From: a virus | Taxonomy: Duplodnaviria > Caudoviricetes | Virus record (IMG/VR): IMGVR_UViG_3300032218_002734 | Span: 1 to 34,555 of that record | DNA: 34,555 bases | Direction: 5' to 3' (one strand) | Shown: one piece after another, positions 1 to 10,010 of the stretch | How positions within the stretch are numbered: the stretch's first letter is position 1 | Layout of the letters: each line of letters starts with the position of its first letter | The notes under the pieces: model-generated | Databases searched by the model: none | The model's input: only the letters and a program-made list of their open reading frames with translations | What the model was told of the DNA's origin: nothing | Program-made: the position numbers and the translations under genes

Positions 1-561
1 GTAAAAGATAATAAATTACAAGCAGGACAGTATTTTACTTATGCTGGAATGGATTATTATGTAGATAAAAGTGGCAATGCGGTTAGAATGGGTGCACATA
101 AAGTAACTGCTGATTCAAAGGATCCATATAATTATGCAAAGGGCGGATTAATAAAGGGACCAGGGACAGGAACTTCAGATTCAGTATATATACCAGGATC
201 AATGGGATATGCAAGAAGTGGAGCATATGTTTCTAACGGAGAATTTGTAACAACGGCTGCTAGCGTCAGATCAATAGGAAATGATGCCATGAATTTAATG
301 AATAGATTTGGTGCAAATGGATTAATGGCTGCTGCACTTGGTAAACTTAAGTTTAATACTGGAGGAAATGGCATGCAAATGCATGACATGAAATCTGGAA
401 CAAATGGTACAATTTCTATAGTACAGAATATTTATCCATCACCAGGAATGGATATGGATGCCTTTGCTAAAAAAGTTGTAGATTTATCTGTAAAAGCTGT
501 TGGACAAAACGCTAAACTTAATACTAAGATGTCAGGAATTAATAGGACGGTTAAAATATGA
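1..561 (+). CDS. Tape measure protein, C-terminal part (5' truncated by window edge)
   Basis: Frame is open from base 1. YAKGGLIKGPGTGTSDSV...VSNGEFV is a motif typical of tape-measure C-termini. Followed by tail genes. Confidence 0.75.
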   Translation, partial: VKDNKLQAGQYFTYAGMDYYVDKSGNAVRMGAHKVTADSKDPYNYAKGGLIKGPGTGTSDSVYIPGSMGYARSGAYVSNGEFVTTAASVRSIGNDAMNLMNRFGANGLMAAALGKLKFNTGGNGMQMHDMKSGTNGTISIVQNIYPSPGMDMDAFAKKVVDLSVKAVGQNAKLNTKMSGINRTVKI

Positions 562-1010
562 CAATTTATTTGCCAGTAGGATCATTACTATATATTAATA
601 CTGGAACAATTTTAAGTCCAGTATGGCAAAAAATTACTGAACATAATCGCTCTCCATTAAGCATAGATAGTTCAAGAATTGAAAAAACTCAAAGAATGTC
701 AAATGGTACATTAAGAAAATTGTTTATTGCTGATAAGACCACATTATCTACTAGCTGGTCAACTGTTCCATCTAATTCTACTCTAACAGTTGATGGTGGC
801 TGGGGAGCAGAAGACTTAAGGTCTTTTTATCATGGCGCAGGAACTGGTACATTTCAAGTTAAAGTTTCTTATAATTTAACAAGAAATAATATTTATTTAG
901 TATCATTTACACAATTTTCAATGACATTGGCTAAGCGAAATGTTAAAGGCAAAACGTCAGACGAAGCACAGGAGTTTTGGGACATCAGCCTAGGCATGGA
1001 AGAAGTATGA
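558..1010 (+). CDS. Minor tail protein (distal-tail-like)
   Basis: 150 aa, directly after tape measure and overlapping its stop. RMSNGTLRK segment resembles Dit-like proteins. Mainly a positional call. Confidence 0.55.
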   Translation: MTIYLPVGSLLYINTGTILSPVWQKITEHNRSPLSIDSSRIEKTQRMSNGTLRKLFIADKTTLSTSWSTVPSNSTLTVDGGWGAEDLRSFYHGAGTGTFQVKVSYNLTRNNIYLVSFTQFSMTLAKRNVKGKTSDEAQEFWDISLGMEEV

Positions 1011-4000
1011 TTTCTGCAACTGCTACAACATTAACGCAATTAGAAGAATCTCAATCTGTTATTGCAACACCCTCATGTTTAATTGAATATAATATGAATG
1101 AGCTTATTGATGGTGTTACCATAACAAATACAGGTGGGAATACGCAAACTCCTGCGGGAGATACAACTCCATTTCTTAAACTTTTTCCAATAACAACTAT
1201 TATTGATCCAAGAAGACCAAAATCTGGCGGAATTAAATATTTTATAATGAACTCATCTGTAACAGAACCAACATTGGCATACTCAACTTCATCTACAATG
1301 CCATATAGACTCTACTACCCAGGAGATAAAACTGTATATAAATACTGGGTAAGCAACCGAGCATCAGGCAATACATTAAATAATGCAAATATAACCGTAT
1401 CCTATCCATCTGCAAAAACAGCAGTAGCAAATAAAATAGTTATTAAATTTGAAACATCACATTCAGCACCCACTGCGTGGACAGTTAAAATTAATGATAA
1501 TTTAATTTCAAGCAATCTGCCAGTTTCAAAAATCGGTTCTAGGCCTGGTGTTGTTGAAATTTATTATAATGGATCAATTTGGTCAACAAATTTACCTACA
1601 ACACCAAGTACTCCAATTCCAATTACCTCATTAAATGTTAATGTAACATCAATTGATGTTGCTAACTCATATCTTGGAGTCATAGAAGTTTCAGCTCGGT
1701 ATGTACAAGATGTAACAAATTATTTATCAGGATTTACTATTACTAAACAAGCTTCAAATGGAACTACTCAAATAATGCCAGTAGGAGATGTTACATCTAA
1801 TTCATTAAGTTTAAATTTAACTTGTTATGATGGCACTGGATTTGATTATGATAAAACACTGCCATTTAATAGTTCAAAAATTAATTTATTTAAAAATATA
1901 AAAGTTTTTCCATCAATTATTTTAAATGCAACAGATATTATTCCACAAGGGGTTTATTATTTAGACTCCTCTACATTGTCAGAATTTGGCGACATAACAA
2001 TTACTGCTTTGGATGGAGCAAAATATTTACAGGAAATAATTACACCAGATATTCTTATTGAAAATTCTAATTCACAAGCAATTATTAGAAGATTATTAGA
2101 TGGAGTCGGATTTACTAATTATAACTTTAATACTACTACTACGGACTCTTCAACAATATCTCCTTATTATTGGTTTACAGACGATACAAAAACTGTATGG
2201 CAGCTAATTCAAGATTTATGTAAAGATACACAAATGATAGCATCATTTGATGAATACGATGTTTTGCAATTCTATACAAGAGAATGGTTATTTAATAAAG
2301 ATCAACTAACTAATTATATGTTTAGATATGATAATAAAAATCCGTTTTTAGCAAATATTGTTTCTTTATCAAAAGAAGATGTACCATCTTCAAAAGCTGT
2401 AAAAGTAAATTATAATGCTTGGTCCAACAGTGCATATTCTAATTCATCTGATCCGCTGTATCAGCAACCAATAACATATTTAGGAGCAGGTGCGCTAACT
2501 CAATCTCTTTTACAAGTTGCTCCCGCAGAAACTGACGCACCATTAGGGGTAATTCATTTAGAATATATTCCAGAGCTAGATAATTCTTTTTCATCAAAAT
2601 CTGGATATGTTGTAATTAATCATGAAGTTATAGAATATGATGCTGTTCAATATCAATATGTTGATTTAAATGAGTACACGGCAGCCACACAAAATTTTAT
2701 TAGTACACGGCAAGGCCAAGTTGTTTATCCTAAAAATGTTTGGATAACAGCTGATATTGATTTAGCAAAATATCAATCTTTATCTAAACCAATGTCTTTT
2801 AAGACTACTGGTAATTTAAGAATTAAAACAAGAAATGCATTTAATATTTTAGATAGCACATCTTCATCTTATGCATCTGATATGACCCACACCGTAGACG
2901 TAGCATCAATTTTAAATAATTGGACTACTCATTTATTAGATACCAAAGCTCACACATTAACAAATGCAAATAATTTAATTTCCTTAGACTCTGGCGATTC
3001 ATCTAATAATATGGTTCCAAAATCATTTTTATGTATTAAACCACCTACTAGTGGGACACATACAATAGCAACAACAGCAGCAAAACTTACTGGATCAACT
3101 TCCTCATATGCACTAGGTACAAATATGTTTTTCCCAGTTACATACGATAAAAATGGCAAAGCTTCTGGCGTTCAAACGTCAATTGGATGCATTGCTTTTT
3201 CATTAAGTTCTGATTTTAAAACGGGATATATATTAGAAATAGGAACTCAAGTTAGTGCTTCAAATAAAGATCTAGCTACAAGAGCAGTTCAATTATATAG
3301 AATTGATAATGGAATTAAAACAGTATTAACTGATTCTCAAAAAGATCAAAATTCTTCTATTCAAAATATTTATGGTGGGTCTTTGTATAAAATAGATATT
3401 AAAGCAGAAAGAGCTTTAAACACTAAAGGCAAATATGTAACAGCTTTTAAAATAATGATAAATAATGCTTTAATAACTGCACAAGATGGAACAGCAACAG
3501 GATTAACAGAATCTTTACCGATAACAAATTATATTGGATTGGGATCAATATCTGGCAATGCATACTATGACTATGTCTATTCGTTACCTATAACTGATAC
3601 TCAATTTAAAAGCAATGATACATATAATTTATATGCTGGATTTTTAGGGAGCAATTCCTATTTAGTTCAAAAATTTGGTAAGTTTGTTTTAAATAAAGGA
3701 ACTGAAACTCAAACTGCTGCGTACTTAGAAGAATTTGGCCCAGTGGCTAGGGAATTAAAATATATAGAATCCAAGTACACCTCTAGACCAGGAATACCTA
3801 AATACGCAATGATTACTTTAAACCCTAATGTAACTTTAGTTGGGTCATCATTAGATTCATTTGGAATGAAGGCATATGTTTTAAATAATACTTCCGCTCC
3901 AATTGCTTTGGCAGATGATACTGTTAAAAGATTTACAGTAATTGGAGATTCAATAAATCCTGGAGATACCCTCACATATTTAGATCCAGCATATTCTGGA

Positions 4001-4312
4001 GTAATTGCACAAGACCAAATTGCATTTGATTCTCTTTGGATACAAAAAGAATCTGAAGCCAAAGCTCTTTCAGACTGGATGAAAACTCAATGGTCAAAAC
4101 AACAGGCAGTTATTACAATGGAAGTATTTGGTAACCCATTATTACAAATTGGTGATATTATAGAAATATCTTATTTATCTAATAATTTGTATTCAGCAGA
4201 GGACACAGTCCCAGCAGGATATTCTATATCAAAATATATTGTTTTAGACGTAACTCAAGTTTGGCAAGATGGCTTAACGACTAATATAGTTGCTAGGTCG
4301 ATTTATACTTAA
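1007..4312 (+). CDS. Large minor tail / baseplate hub protein
   Basis: ATG at 1007 overlaps the upstream TGA (ATGA). S/T/N-rich, beta-type composition. C-terminal MEVFGNPLLQIGDIIEI resembles tail-hub ends. Confidence 0.65.
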   Translation: MISATATTLTQLEESQSVIATPSCLIEYNMNELIDGVTITNTGGNTQTPAGDTTPFLKLFPITTIIDPRRPKSGGIKYFIMNSSVTEPTLAYSTSSTMPYRLYYPGDKTVYKYWVSNRASGNTLNNANITVSYPSAKTAVANKIVIKFETSHSAPTAWTVKINDNLISSNLPVSKIGSRPGVVEIYYNGSIWSTNLPTTPSTPIPITSLNVNVTSIDVANSYLGVIEVSARYVQDVTNYLSGFTITKQASNGTTQIMPVGDVTSNSLSLNLTCYDGTGFDYDKTLPFNSSKINLFKNIKVFPSIILNATDIIPQGVYYLDSSTLSEFGDITITALDGAKYLQEIITPDILIENSNSQAIIRRLLDGVGFTNYNFNTTTTDSSTISPYYWFTDDTKTVWQLIQDLCKDTQMIASFDEYDVLQFYTREWLFNKDQLTNYMFRYDNKNPFLANIVSLSKEDVPSSKAVKVNYNAWSNSAYSNSSDPLYQQPITYLGAGALTQSLLQVAPAETDAPLGVIHLEYIPELDNSFSSKSGYVVINHEVIEYDAVQYQYVDLNEYTAATQNFISTRQGQVVYPKNVWITADIDLAKYQSLSKPMSFKTTGNLRIKTRNAFNILDSTSSSYASDMTHTVDVASILNNWTTHLLDTKAHTLTNANNLISLDSGDSSNNMVPKSFLCIKPPTSGTHTIATTAAKLTGSTSSYALGTNMFFPVTYDKNGKASGVQTSIGCIAFSLSSDFKTGYILEIGTQVSASNKDLATRAVQLYRIDNGIKTVLTDSQKDQNSSIQNIYGGSLYKIDIKAERALNTKGKYVTAFKIMINNALITAQDGTATGLTESLPITNYIGLGSISGNAYYDYVYSLPITDTQFKSNDTYNLYAGFLGSNSYLVQKFGKFVLNKGTETQTAAYLEEFGPVARELKYIESKYTSRPGIPKYAMITLNPNVTLVGSSLDSFGMKAYVLNNTSAPIALADDTVKRFTVIGDSINPGDTLTYLDPAYSGVIAQDQIAFDSLWIQKESEAKALSDWMKTQWSKQQAVITMEVFGNPLLQIGDIIEISYLSNNLYSAEDTVPAGYSISKYIVLDVTQVWQDGLTTNIVARSIYT

Positions 4313-4317
4313 GGAAA

Positions 4318-4326
4318 TGGTAAAAT
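4318..4326 (+). promoter_or_regulatory. Extended -10 promoter (TGGTAAAAT), probable leaderless start at ATG 4333
   Basis: TGn-TAAAAT followed by 6 nt then ATG, with no Shine-Dalgarno between them. Confidence 0.55.
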
Positions 4327-4332
4327 ATTAAA

Positions 4333-4707
4333 ATGGTCAATAAAATAAAACCTTCACAAATAACAACCCCACCTAAAATTCAAATAGCAGCGGGAAGTAA
4401 TTTGGCTGATGTTTTAAAGCCAGAGCATTATGAATTAATGAATCCATATTCTTTTCAATCAGACGGACAGCTCGGAGCAGTACCAGCAGACACTCCTGCT
4501 GTGACACCACCAGAAGATCCAACTAATCTTGATGTACCCGATAACCCAGATGTTTTAGAATTAGATGCACCCGATTTAGCAGATATTATTTCTGCAACAG
4601 CAAGCAAGTACACAGATCTTAATGGTGTAGATAAAGTAAAAGTAGTTTTTGTAGTTAGAAATCACGTAGGGGCCTCAGTCGTTGGGGTTAAAGGATCTGG
4701 GGGATAA
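4333..4707 (+). CDS. Hypothetical virion protein with Pro/Asp-rich linker
   Basis: 124 aa ORF within the tail module. Confidence 0.5.
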   Translation: MVNKIKPSQITTPPKIQIAAGSNLADVLKPEHYELMNPYSFQSDGQLGAVPADTPAVTPPEDPTNLDVPDNPDVLELDAPDLADIISATASKYTDLNGVDKVKVVFVVRNHVGASVVGVKGSGG

Positions 4708-4708
4708 A

Positions 4709-5671
4709 ATGAATTTAACTGGAACGTATATAATTTATCAAAATGGAAAAGAAGTTGCACGTCAATCAAATTTATTAACTAAATTTGGAAAAAGATTTTT
4801 AACATCATATTTAGCTGGCTCTGTTAATTTTAACGAAAAAGATATTGCAGTTGGTATTGGTGGTCCATTACTAGATGGCGGTACTTCAACGACAGCTAAT
4901 GATACTCAATTAGATTTTGAAATTTATAGGTCAGCAGTTAATTTGGGAACTATGGATATACAAACAGATTCACTTACTGGTAACTCAACTTATGCTGTTG
5001 TATATAAAACAACTATTCCAAATGATATTGTAGGAACAATTTCAGAGTTGGGATTATTTAATACAACCACTCAAGGCAATACGGATTACTCTAGCAGATA
5101 TGTAAGTACATTTGAAAATAATTTATATTGGTTAGATGATTCAGGAAACCAAGCAGTTACAGTAACTACACCAAGTCCTTTAATTGGAAATCTTTGGTTT
5201 AAATTAAATCCATTAGCATCTCAATCATCTAAGTACACAGTTAATACCACATTTGATTTGTCTGGGTATTCAACAAATGATAGTTTAACTTTAGCATTTA
5301 ACCAACAAGATTTAAATCTTGATTATATTTTTGTAAGATTTTATAGTTCATCAACTTCATACTATGAGGGCAGATTCCCAGCAAAATCTACCACTGGAAA
5401 TAAATTAAGTAAATTAAGCCTTAATGGTTTATATAATTCTGGATATAATTCGGGCACACCAGATGCAACATCAATTATTAAAATATCTATTGGGGCTGTA
5501 GCAAAATCTTCTGGCAGTACTGTTGTATTATTAGATGGCCTCAGAGTAAATGATGAGGATACATTTAGCACAATTTATGGAATGATAAGCCGTTCAGTGT
5601 TATCTACACCAATATCAAAACCATATGGAATTTCAACGGACATAGAATATAGAATAGGGCTGACTTTCTAA
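4709..5671 (+). CDS. Minor tail / baseplate-collar-like structural protein
   Basis: ATG at 4709 follows the upstream stop. NLLTKFGK...IAVGIG...DTQLDFEIYR...GTISELGLF resembles tail-collar/baseplate proteins, with an inserted beta domain. Confidence 0.5.
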   Translation: MNLTGTYIIYQNGKEVARQSNLLTKFGKRFLTSYLAGSVNFNEKDIAVGIGGPLLDGGTSTTANDTQLDFEIYRSAVNLGTMDIQTDSLTGNSTYAVVYKTTIPNDIVGTISELGLFNTTTQGNTDYSSRYVSTFENNLYWLDDSGNQAVTVTTPSPLIGNLWFKLNPLASQSSKYTVNTTFDLSGYSTNDSLTLAFNQQDLNLDYIFVRFYSSSTSYYEGRFPAKSTTGNKLSKLSLNGLYNSGYNSGTPDATSIIKISIGAVAKSSGSTVVLLDGLRVNDEDTFSTIYGMISRSVLSTPISKPYGISTDIEYRIGLTF

Positions 5672-5672
5672 T

Positions 5673-8336
5673 ATGCTACCAGCAATAGATGGAGGAAACG
5701 CTGCCTCTGCTAACACACCAGACCTAAGCAAAACTACATCTGCTGGAAATAATGCTGCTTCTTTGCAATCTCAAGATTCTTATACTGTAACAATAGATAA
5801 TCTTCAAGTAAAATTATTTGCTAAATATGGATTTACATTTTCTTATTTATATCAAGATTCAAGCGGAATAATTGAAGGCCCAAGATCAGCAACATATTTT
5901 TTATCATACAGCCCACCAAATGAATGCACAGAACCAACTAATGTTGTTGTTACACAAGGCATTGGTTCATATGGAATTAAATGGGATAAGCCAAGTTTTG
6001 GAACTTATGTAGATACAATTATTTACGAAAGCCCAGATGGAATTTTTAATGATAGCTCAAAAGTAGTTTATATTGGAACGGCAAATCAAGCTGTAGTATT
6101 AACTGGCACCGACTATTCCACAAGATATATTAAAGTTTATTATAGAGATAAATATCTACACAAATCTCCTAATGGAACTGTTGCTGGCCCCATATCAGGA
6201 AAAAATTCTGACCCAGATACATCAACGCCACCATCTGCACCAACAAGTGTAAATACACCAACAGCATTTATAGATGCAAATGATAAAAGTGGGTTTAGTG
6301 CTGGAGTTACTTTTAGCTGGACAGCAAATACAGATTCAAATACTTCGGGATACGTACTTAGATGGACCACGCAAAATCCAATTACAACACAAAATCCTAT
6401 TTGGGAATATGGGCAGGTAGAAGGGAAAACCACTACTTCATTTACAGTCAAAGGCCTTGTACCAAATACCCTCTATTATTATCAGGTTACCGCTAAGAGC
6501 CCTTATAATGCTCTATCGTGGGTCTCCCCATATAATGGCACATTCGGTCCCGTAGTGGACCCCAGCGCCCCTTCAGACGCATGGGCACAATTAAAGTCTA
6601 TTTTATCTATTGGTGGTAAAACGTCAGACCTATTTAAAATAGGAACTGGTATAACTCAAACTATAAATAATTCAATAACAACAACTCCAACAATGACAGC
6701 ATCATTGCCATGGAGCGGAATAATATTAAATAAATCTACAACTGATCAAGGAAATAATTATTGGTTAAATACTGGACAATTTAGAGTTGGAAGCTCATCT
6801 TCATTTTTATATTGGGATGGTTCAAATCTTTATACAACAGGTAAAATAAATGCAACTGGCGGATCCTTTACTGGGGATGTACAATTAAATGGAGGATCAC
6901 TTTATACAGGCCCAACTCCTAATAGCGGGGCTAGAGTAAGATTTAATAGTGGCGGTATTTATGGATATGATTCTACAAGCACAAGTATTTCAACGGGACA
7001 AACATTTGCACTAGATGCATCAACTGGATTATTGTCTGCACAAAAGGGATCTATTTCTGGCTGGTCAATAGATGGAACAAAATTTTCACAAAATGGTGCA
7101 ACAATATCTTCTACTGGATATTTATCGTTAGGCGCAGCAGCGTCAGATCAAATTGTTTTAAGTGCAGTTGATACAAATTATAGAATCTGGATTGGTAATA
7201 ATAATGGAACTTATGGATCATTTAAAGTAGACAAAAATGGTGTGCTTTATGCACAAGGCGCACAAATAAGTGGAAATATTGTTATTGGTTCTGGTGCTAC
7301 TTTTGATCAAATTGTTGCAGCAAAGAAAGCAGCAGACGACGCAGCAGCTGCAGCAGCTGGAGCAAGTGGCACAGCATCATCTGCATCTGCAAATGCACAA
7401 CAAGCTGCAACAGATGCAGCAACTGCAAAAACAGCAGCAGCAGCAGCAAAAGCTATTGCAGAGGCAGCATTACCAACATCAAGTTTTGACAGAGCTGCTA
7501 TTGTTGCAAAAATAAGTACTGGTGTAGATACAACAACAATTGATGGCGGATTGATACATACTGGAACAGTTTCTTCTGCAGCAGTAGTATCCGATTTTAT
7601 TTCCGCCTTTTCTATCGATGCAACTAAAATTACTACTGGAACATTGTCTGCAGATAAAATTAACGGTGGATCCATATCTGCATCAAGCATCAATCTTACA
7701 TCATCTTCATATGCATTAAATGTAGGAACAAGCACAGATTATGCATACCTATATATATCTCCAAATGCTGCAAGAGGAATGTATATAAATGCAATAGGAA
7801 TGGTCGGCTCAGATCACTCTGGAGCTAGCTCTCACTGGTACCCATGGACAAATAATACCTGGGCGTTAGGACTAACTGGCACAAATCCATTTAGATGGAC
7901 TACTGCTTATTTAGTAAATAGTCCAAATGTCAGTTCGGATATTAGACTTAAAAAAGATATAAAAGATTCAGATTTGGGGCTTAATTTTATAAAATCTTTG
8001 AGGCCAGTGTCATATAAATTTATATCTGGTCAAACAGATGTAATAAAGGATGCAGACGGTGAGCCTGAAATTGATGAAAATGGTTTTATAAAAACTGAAA
8101 ATAAAGAAGGCATAAGAACACATTGGGGTTTTATAGCACAAGAAGTTAAAAATGCCATAGATTTATCTGGAGTAGAAGATTTTGCAGGATGGTCAATGGA
8201 TGACAAAACAGATCCTAATTCTATGCAGGGGTTAAGGTATGAGCAATTTATTTCTCCTCTTACAAAAGCTGTACAAGAACTATCAAATATGGTAGAATCA
8301 TTACAACAAGAAGTATCCGAATTGAAAGGCAAATAA
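5673..8336 (+). CDS. Tail fibre / receptor-binding protein with FN3 domains and C-terminal intramolecular chaperone (peptidase S74-like)
   Basis: FN3 pattern (FSWTAN...GYVLRW...FTVKGLVPNTLYYYQVTA), Ala-rich coiled coil, ITTGTLSADKI repeats, SSDIRLKKDI autocleavage motif, HWGFIAQEV and terminal coiled coil. Confidence 0.85.
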   Translation: MLPAIDGGNAASANTPDLSKTTSAGNNAASLQSQDSYTVTIDNLQVKLFAKYGFTFSYLYQDSSGIIEGPRSATYFLSYSPPNECTEPTNVVVTQGIGSYGIKWDKPSFGTYVDTIIYESPDGIFNDSSKVVYIGTANQAVVLTGTDYSTRYIKVYYRDKYLHKSPNGTVAGPISGKNSDPDTSTPPSAPTSVNTPTAFIDANDKSGFSAGVTFSWTANTDSNTSGYVLRWTTQNPITTQNPIWEYGQVEGKTTTSFTVKGLVPNTLYYYQVTAKSPYNALSWVSPYNGTFGPVVDPSAPSDAWAQLKSILSIGGKTSDLFKIGTGITQTINNSITTTPTMTASLPWSGIILNKSTTDQGNNYWLNTGQFRVGSSSSFLYWDGSNLYTTGKINATGGSFTGDVQLNGGSLYTGPTPNSGARVRFNSGGIYGYDSTSTSISTGQTFALDASTGLLSAQKGSISGWSIDGTKFSQNGATISSTGYLSLGAAASDQIVLSAVDTNYRIWIGNNNGTYGSFKVDKNGVLYAQGAQISGNIVIGSGATFDQIVAAKKAADDAAAAAAGASGTASSASANAQQAATDAATAKTAAAAAKAIAEAALPTSSFDRAAIVAKISTGVDTTTIDGGLIHTGTVSSAAVVSDFISAFSIDATKITTGTLSADKINGGSISASSINLTSSSYALNVGTSTDYAYLYISPNAARGMYINAIGMVGSDHSGASSHWYPWTNNTWALGLTGTNPFRWTTAYLVNSPNVSSDIRLKKDIKDSDLGLNFIKSLRPVSYKFISGQTDVIKDADGEPEIDENGFIKTENKEGIRTHWGFIAQEVKNAIDLSGVEDFAGWSMDDKTDPNSMQGLRYEQFISPLTKAVQELSNMVESLQQEVSELKGK

Positions 8337-8494
8337 TGGATAAAGCAGAGCTAGTAATTCAAGCATTACAAGAACGTATTGGTCAACTTGTCTCAATGTA
8401 TGAGACAAACATGGCAATTCTTCGTGCTGAAATTACGCAATTAACAGATCAATTAAATAACCAGGAAGTTCCAGCGGAACAACCAAAGGAGTAA
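8336..8494 (+). CDS. Small coiled-coil hypothetical protein (52 aa, MDKAELVIQALQERIGQL...)
   Basis: Not in the ORF track. TAATG overlap with the fibre gene, fills the gap, and carries the AAGGAG RBS of the next gene. Confidence 0.75.
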   Translation: MDKAELVIQALQERIGQLVSMYETNMAILRAEITQLTDQLNNQEVPAEQPKE

Positions 8495-8496
8495 GA

Positions 8497-8940
8497 ATGG
8501 TACAACTAACACCAGTTAATATTAATGATGGAGACCCAGTAACAGCAGATACAATTAGAACTATTATTAATAATGTTCAGTTGGTAGCTTTAGGAGACAC
8601 ATCCAGCGGAGTTACTATTGGAGATAGTTTGGGAAATAGTACCGTTATTCCTAAAACATATAATGATACCCTTGCTTCATTAACAGCTAAAATTGCTGTA
8701 GATAAAACTAAAGGTTATACTGGAACCGTATCTTGGGGTGCAAATAAATTTACTACCGCACCAGTAGTTACTGCAAATTTACAATTTACAAGTTCTGGAC
8801 CAGCAAATTATAAATATACTGTTGTAATAGGTGCAGTTACAACCAGCGGGTTTACATATTATGTAATCCCATGCGCACCAGTCTCTAATTTATCGTGTTT
8901 TCTTTCTTGGATAGCTGTAGGAACATTTTCCGCAATTTAA
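8497..8940 (+). CDS. Putative small tail-fibre / lectin-like virion protein
   Basis: RBS AAGGAG. C-terminal GTVSW...FTTAPVVTA...VTTSGFT...SWIAVG matches the H-type-lectin-like fibre tip pattern. Confidence 0.55.
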   Translation: MVQLTPVNINDGDPVTADTIRTIINNVQLVALGDTSSGVTIGDSLGNSTVIPKTYNDTLASLTAKIAVDKTKGYTGTVSWGANKFTTAPVVTANLQFTSSGPANYKYTVVIGAVTTSGFTYYVIPCAPVSNLSCFLSWIAVGTFSAI

Positions 8941-8943
8941 GCA

Positions 8944-8971
8944 TTGACAGTTTATATTAATATGTTACAAT
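8944..8971 (+). promoter_or_regulatory. Sigma70/SigA-type promoter for the replication module
   Basis: TTGACA (8944-8949), 16 nt spacer, TACAAT (8966-8971) with TG extension. Confidence 0.75.
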
Positions 8972-8982
8972 TATTGTAACAT
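8962..8982. repeat. Perfect palindrome over the -10 and +1 (operator-like)
   Basis: ATGTTACAAT-T-ATTGTAACAT, 10-bp perfect arms. Confidence 0.8.
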
Positions 8983-8983
8983 C

Positions 8984-9008
8984 AAAGTCACGCCTTCGTG
9001 ACTTTTTT
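8984..9008 (+). terminator. Intrinsic terminator-like hairpin
   Basis: AAAGTCACG-CCTT-CGTGACTTT continuing into a 6-T run. Confidence 0.65.
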
Positions 9009-9024
9009 CGTATTGAGGTATTTA

Positions 9025-9825
9025 ATGAGCAACGATTTAAAATGGATGCTATCGTCCGACCAGCAATTCCCATATCAAGATGATAAAATGATTGCTTTAT
9101 GGTTTAAGGTTATGAAATGGTTTAAGCCAGATGTTGTCGATTATCTTGGAGATACGGATGACCAAGCTTGTTATAGTAAATATACAGAAGGACGATCAGC
9201 AGAATTTTTAAACCTTCATAAAACAGACAGCAGAGATCTTATTGTTCCAATGATGCGTCATGAAGCAAAGGGTGCAAGAGATTTTTATACTAAAACAAGA
9301 GAAATGCTTCCAGATGCACAATTGTTTTCAGCATTAGGAAATCATGATGTTAGAATTTTTAATTATGTAGATGCAAAACTTCCTGATTATATTAATGAAG
9401 TTACTCCAGAGGCTCTTTGGGGATTAGATTCGCTGGGGTATGAATACATTTATTATGATGAATTACCTAAACGTCGTTTTGGAGATATCCACGTACACCA
9501 CGGGCTTTCAATTGCAGCAACAGGATCAGCAAGAAAAGACATGGAAGATATGCAAGTGTCTTTAATTCGTGGCCACTCACACAGAATTGCTTCTCATATG
9601 GTAACGTATGAGCTTAGAAATAATGGTGAAGGCGAAACTTTAAGAGGGTATGAAATTGGTCATATGTGTGATGAAAAGGGCCCAGGAATGAAATATACTC
9701 AACATCATGATTGGCAAAAGGGATTTGCAGTTGCTCATATTGTAAATGACTATCCACATGTACAAATGATTCATGTCTCGCCAGACTATTCTTGTGTCGT
9801 AGACGGAAAGTTGTTTACTCTATAA
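9025..9825 (+). CDS. Calcineurin-like metallophosphoesterase
   Basis: Motifs SDQQ, GDTDD, GNHD, HHG, GHSH. GAGGT RBS before ATG 9025. Confidence 0.85.
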   Translation: MSNDLKWMLSSDQQFPYQDDKMIALWFKVMKWFKPDVVDYLGDTDDQACYSKYTEGRSAEFLNLHKTDSRDLIVPMMRHEAKGARDFYTKTREMLPDAQLFSALGNHDVRIFNYVDAKLPDYINEVTPEALWGLDSLGYEYIYYDELPKRRFGDIHVHHGLSIAATGSARKDMEDMQVSLIRGHSHRIASHMVTYELRNNGEGETLRGYEIGHMCDEKGPGMKYTQHHDWQKGFAVAHIVNDYPHVQMIHVSPDYSCVVDGKLFTL

Positions 9826-10010
9826 TGTGGTGTGGAAAATGTAATGGACGAGTTTTTGTTGATAGGGTATTTTCACAAAAACTTCATATGGAATTATTTT
9901 GTATTATGTGTGGAAAACGATGGATGATTAATAAGGAGACGAGTGCTTTCGGTAAATGGTTAGATCAAAAGGAACAGCAAAATCAAAAAAGATACGGTAT
10001 TTCTTCTTAA
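9825..10010 (+). CDS. Zinc-ribbon protein
   Basis: CGKC...CIMC. TAATG-coupled start at 9825. Confidence 0.7.
   Translation: MWCGKCNGRVFVDRVFSQKLHMELFCIMCGKRWMINKETSAFGKWLDQKEQQNQKRYGISS

Noticed and set aside
7270-7515. Poly-Gln ORF and GCA/CAG repeat tract
   Set aside because: It is the shifted reading of the Ala-rich (GCA) coiled coil of the tail fibre, not a separate gene or repeat array.
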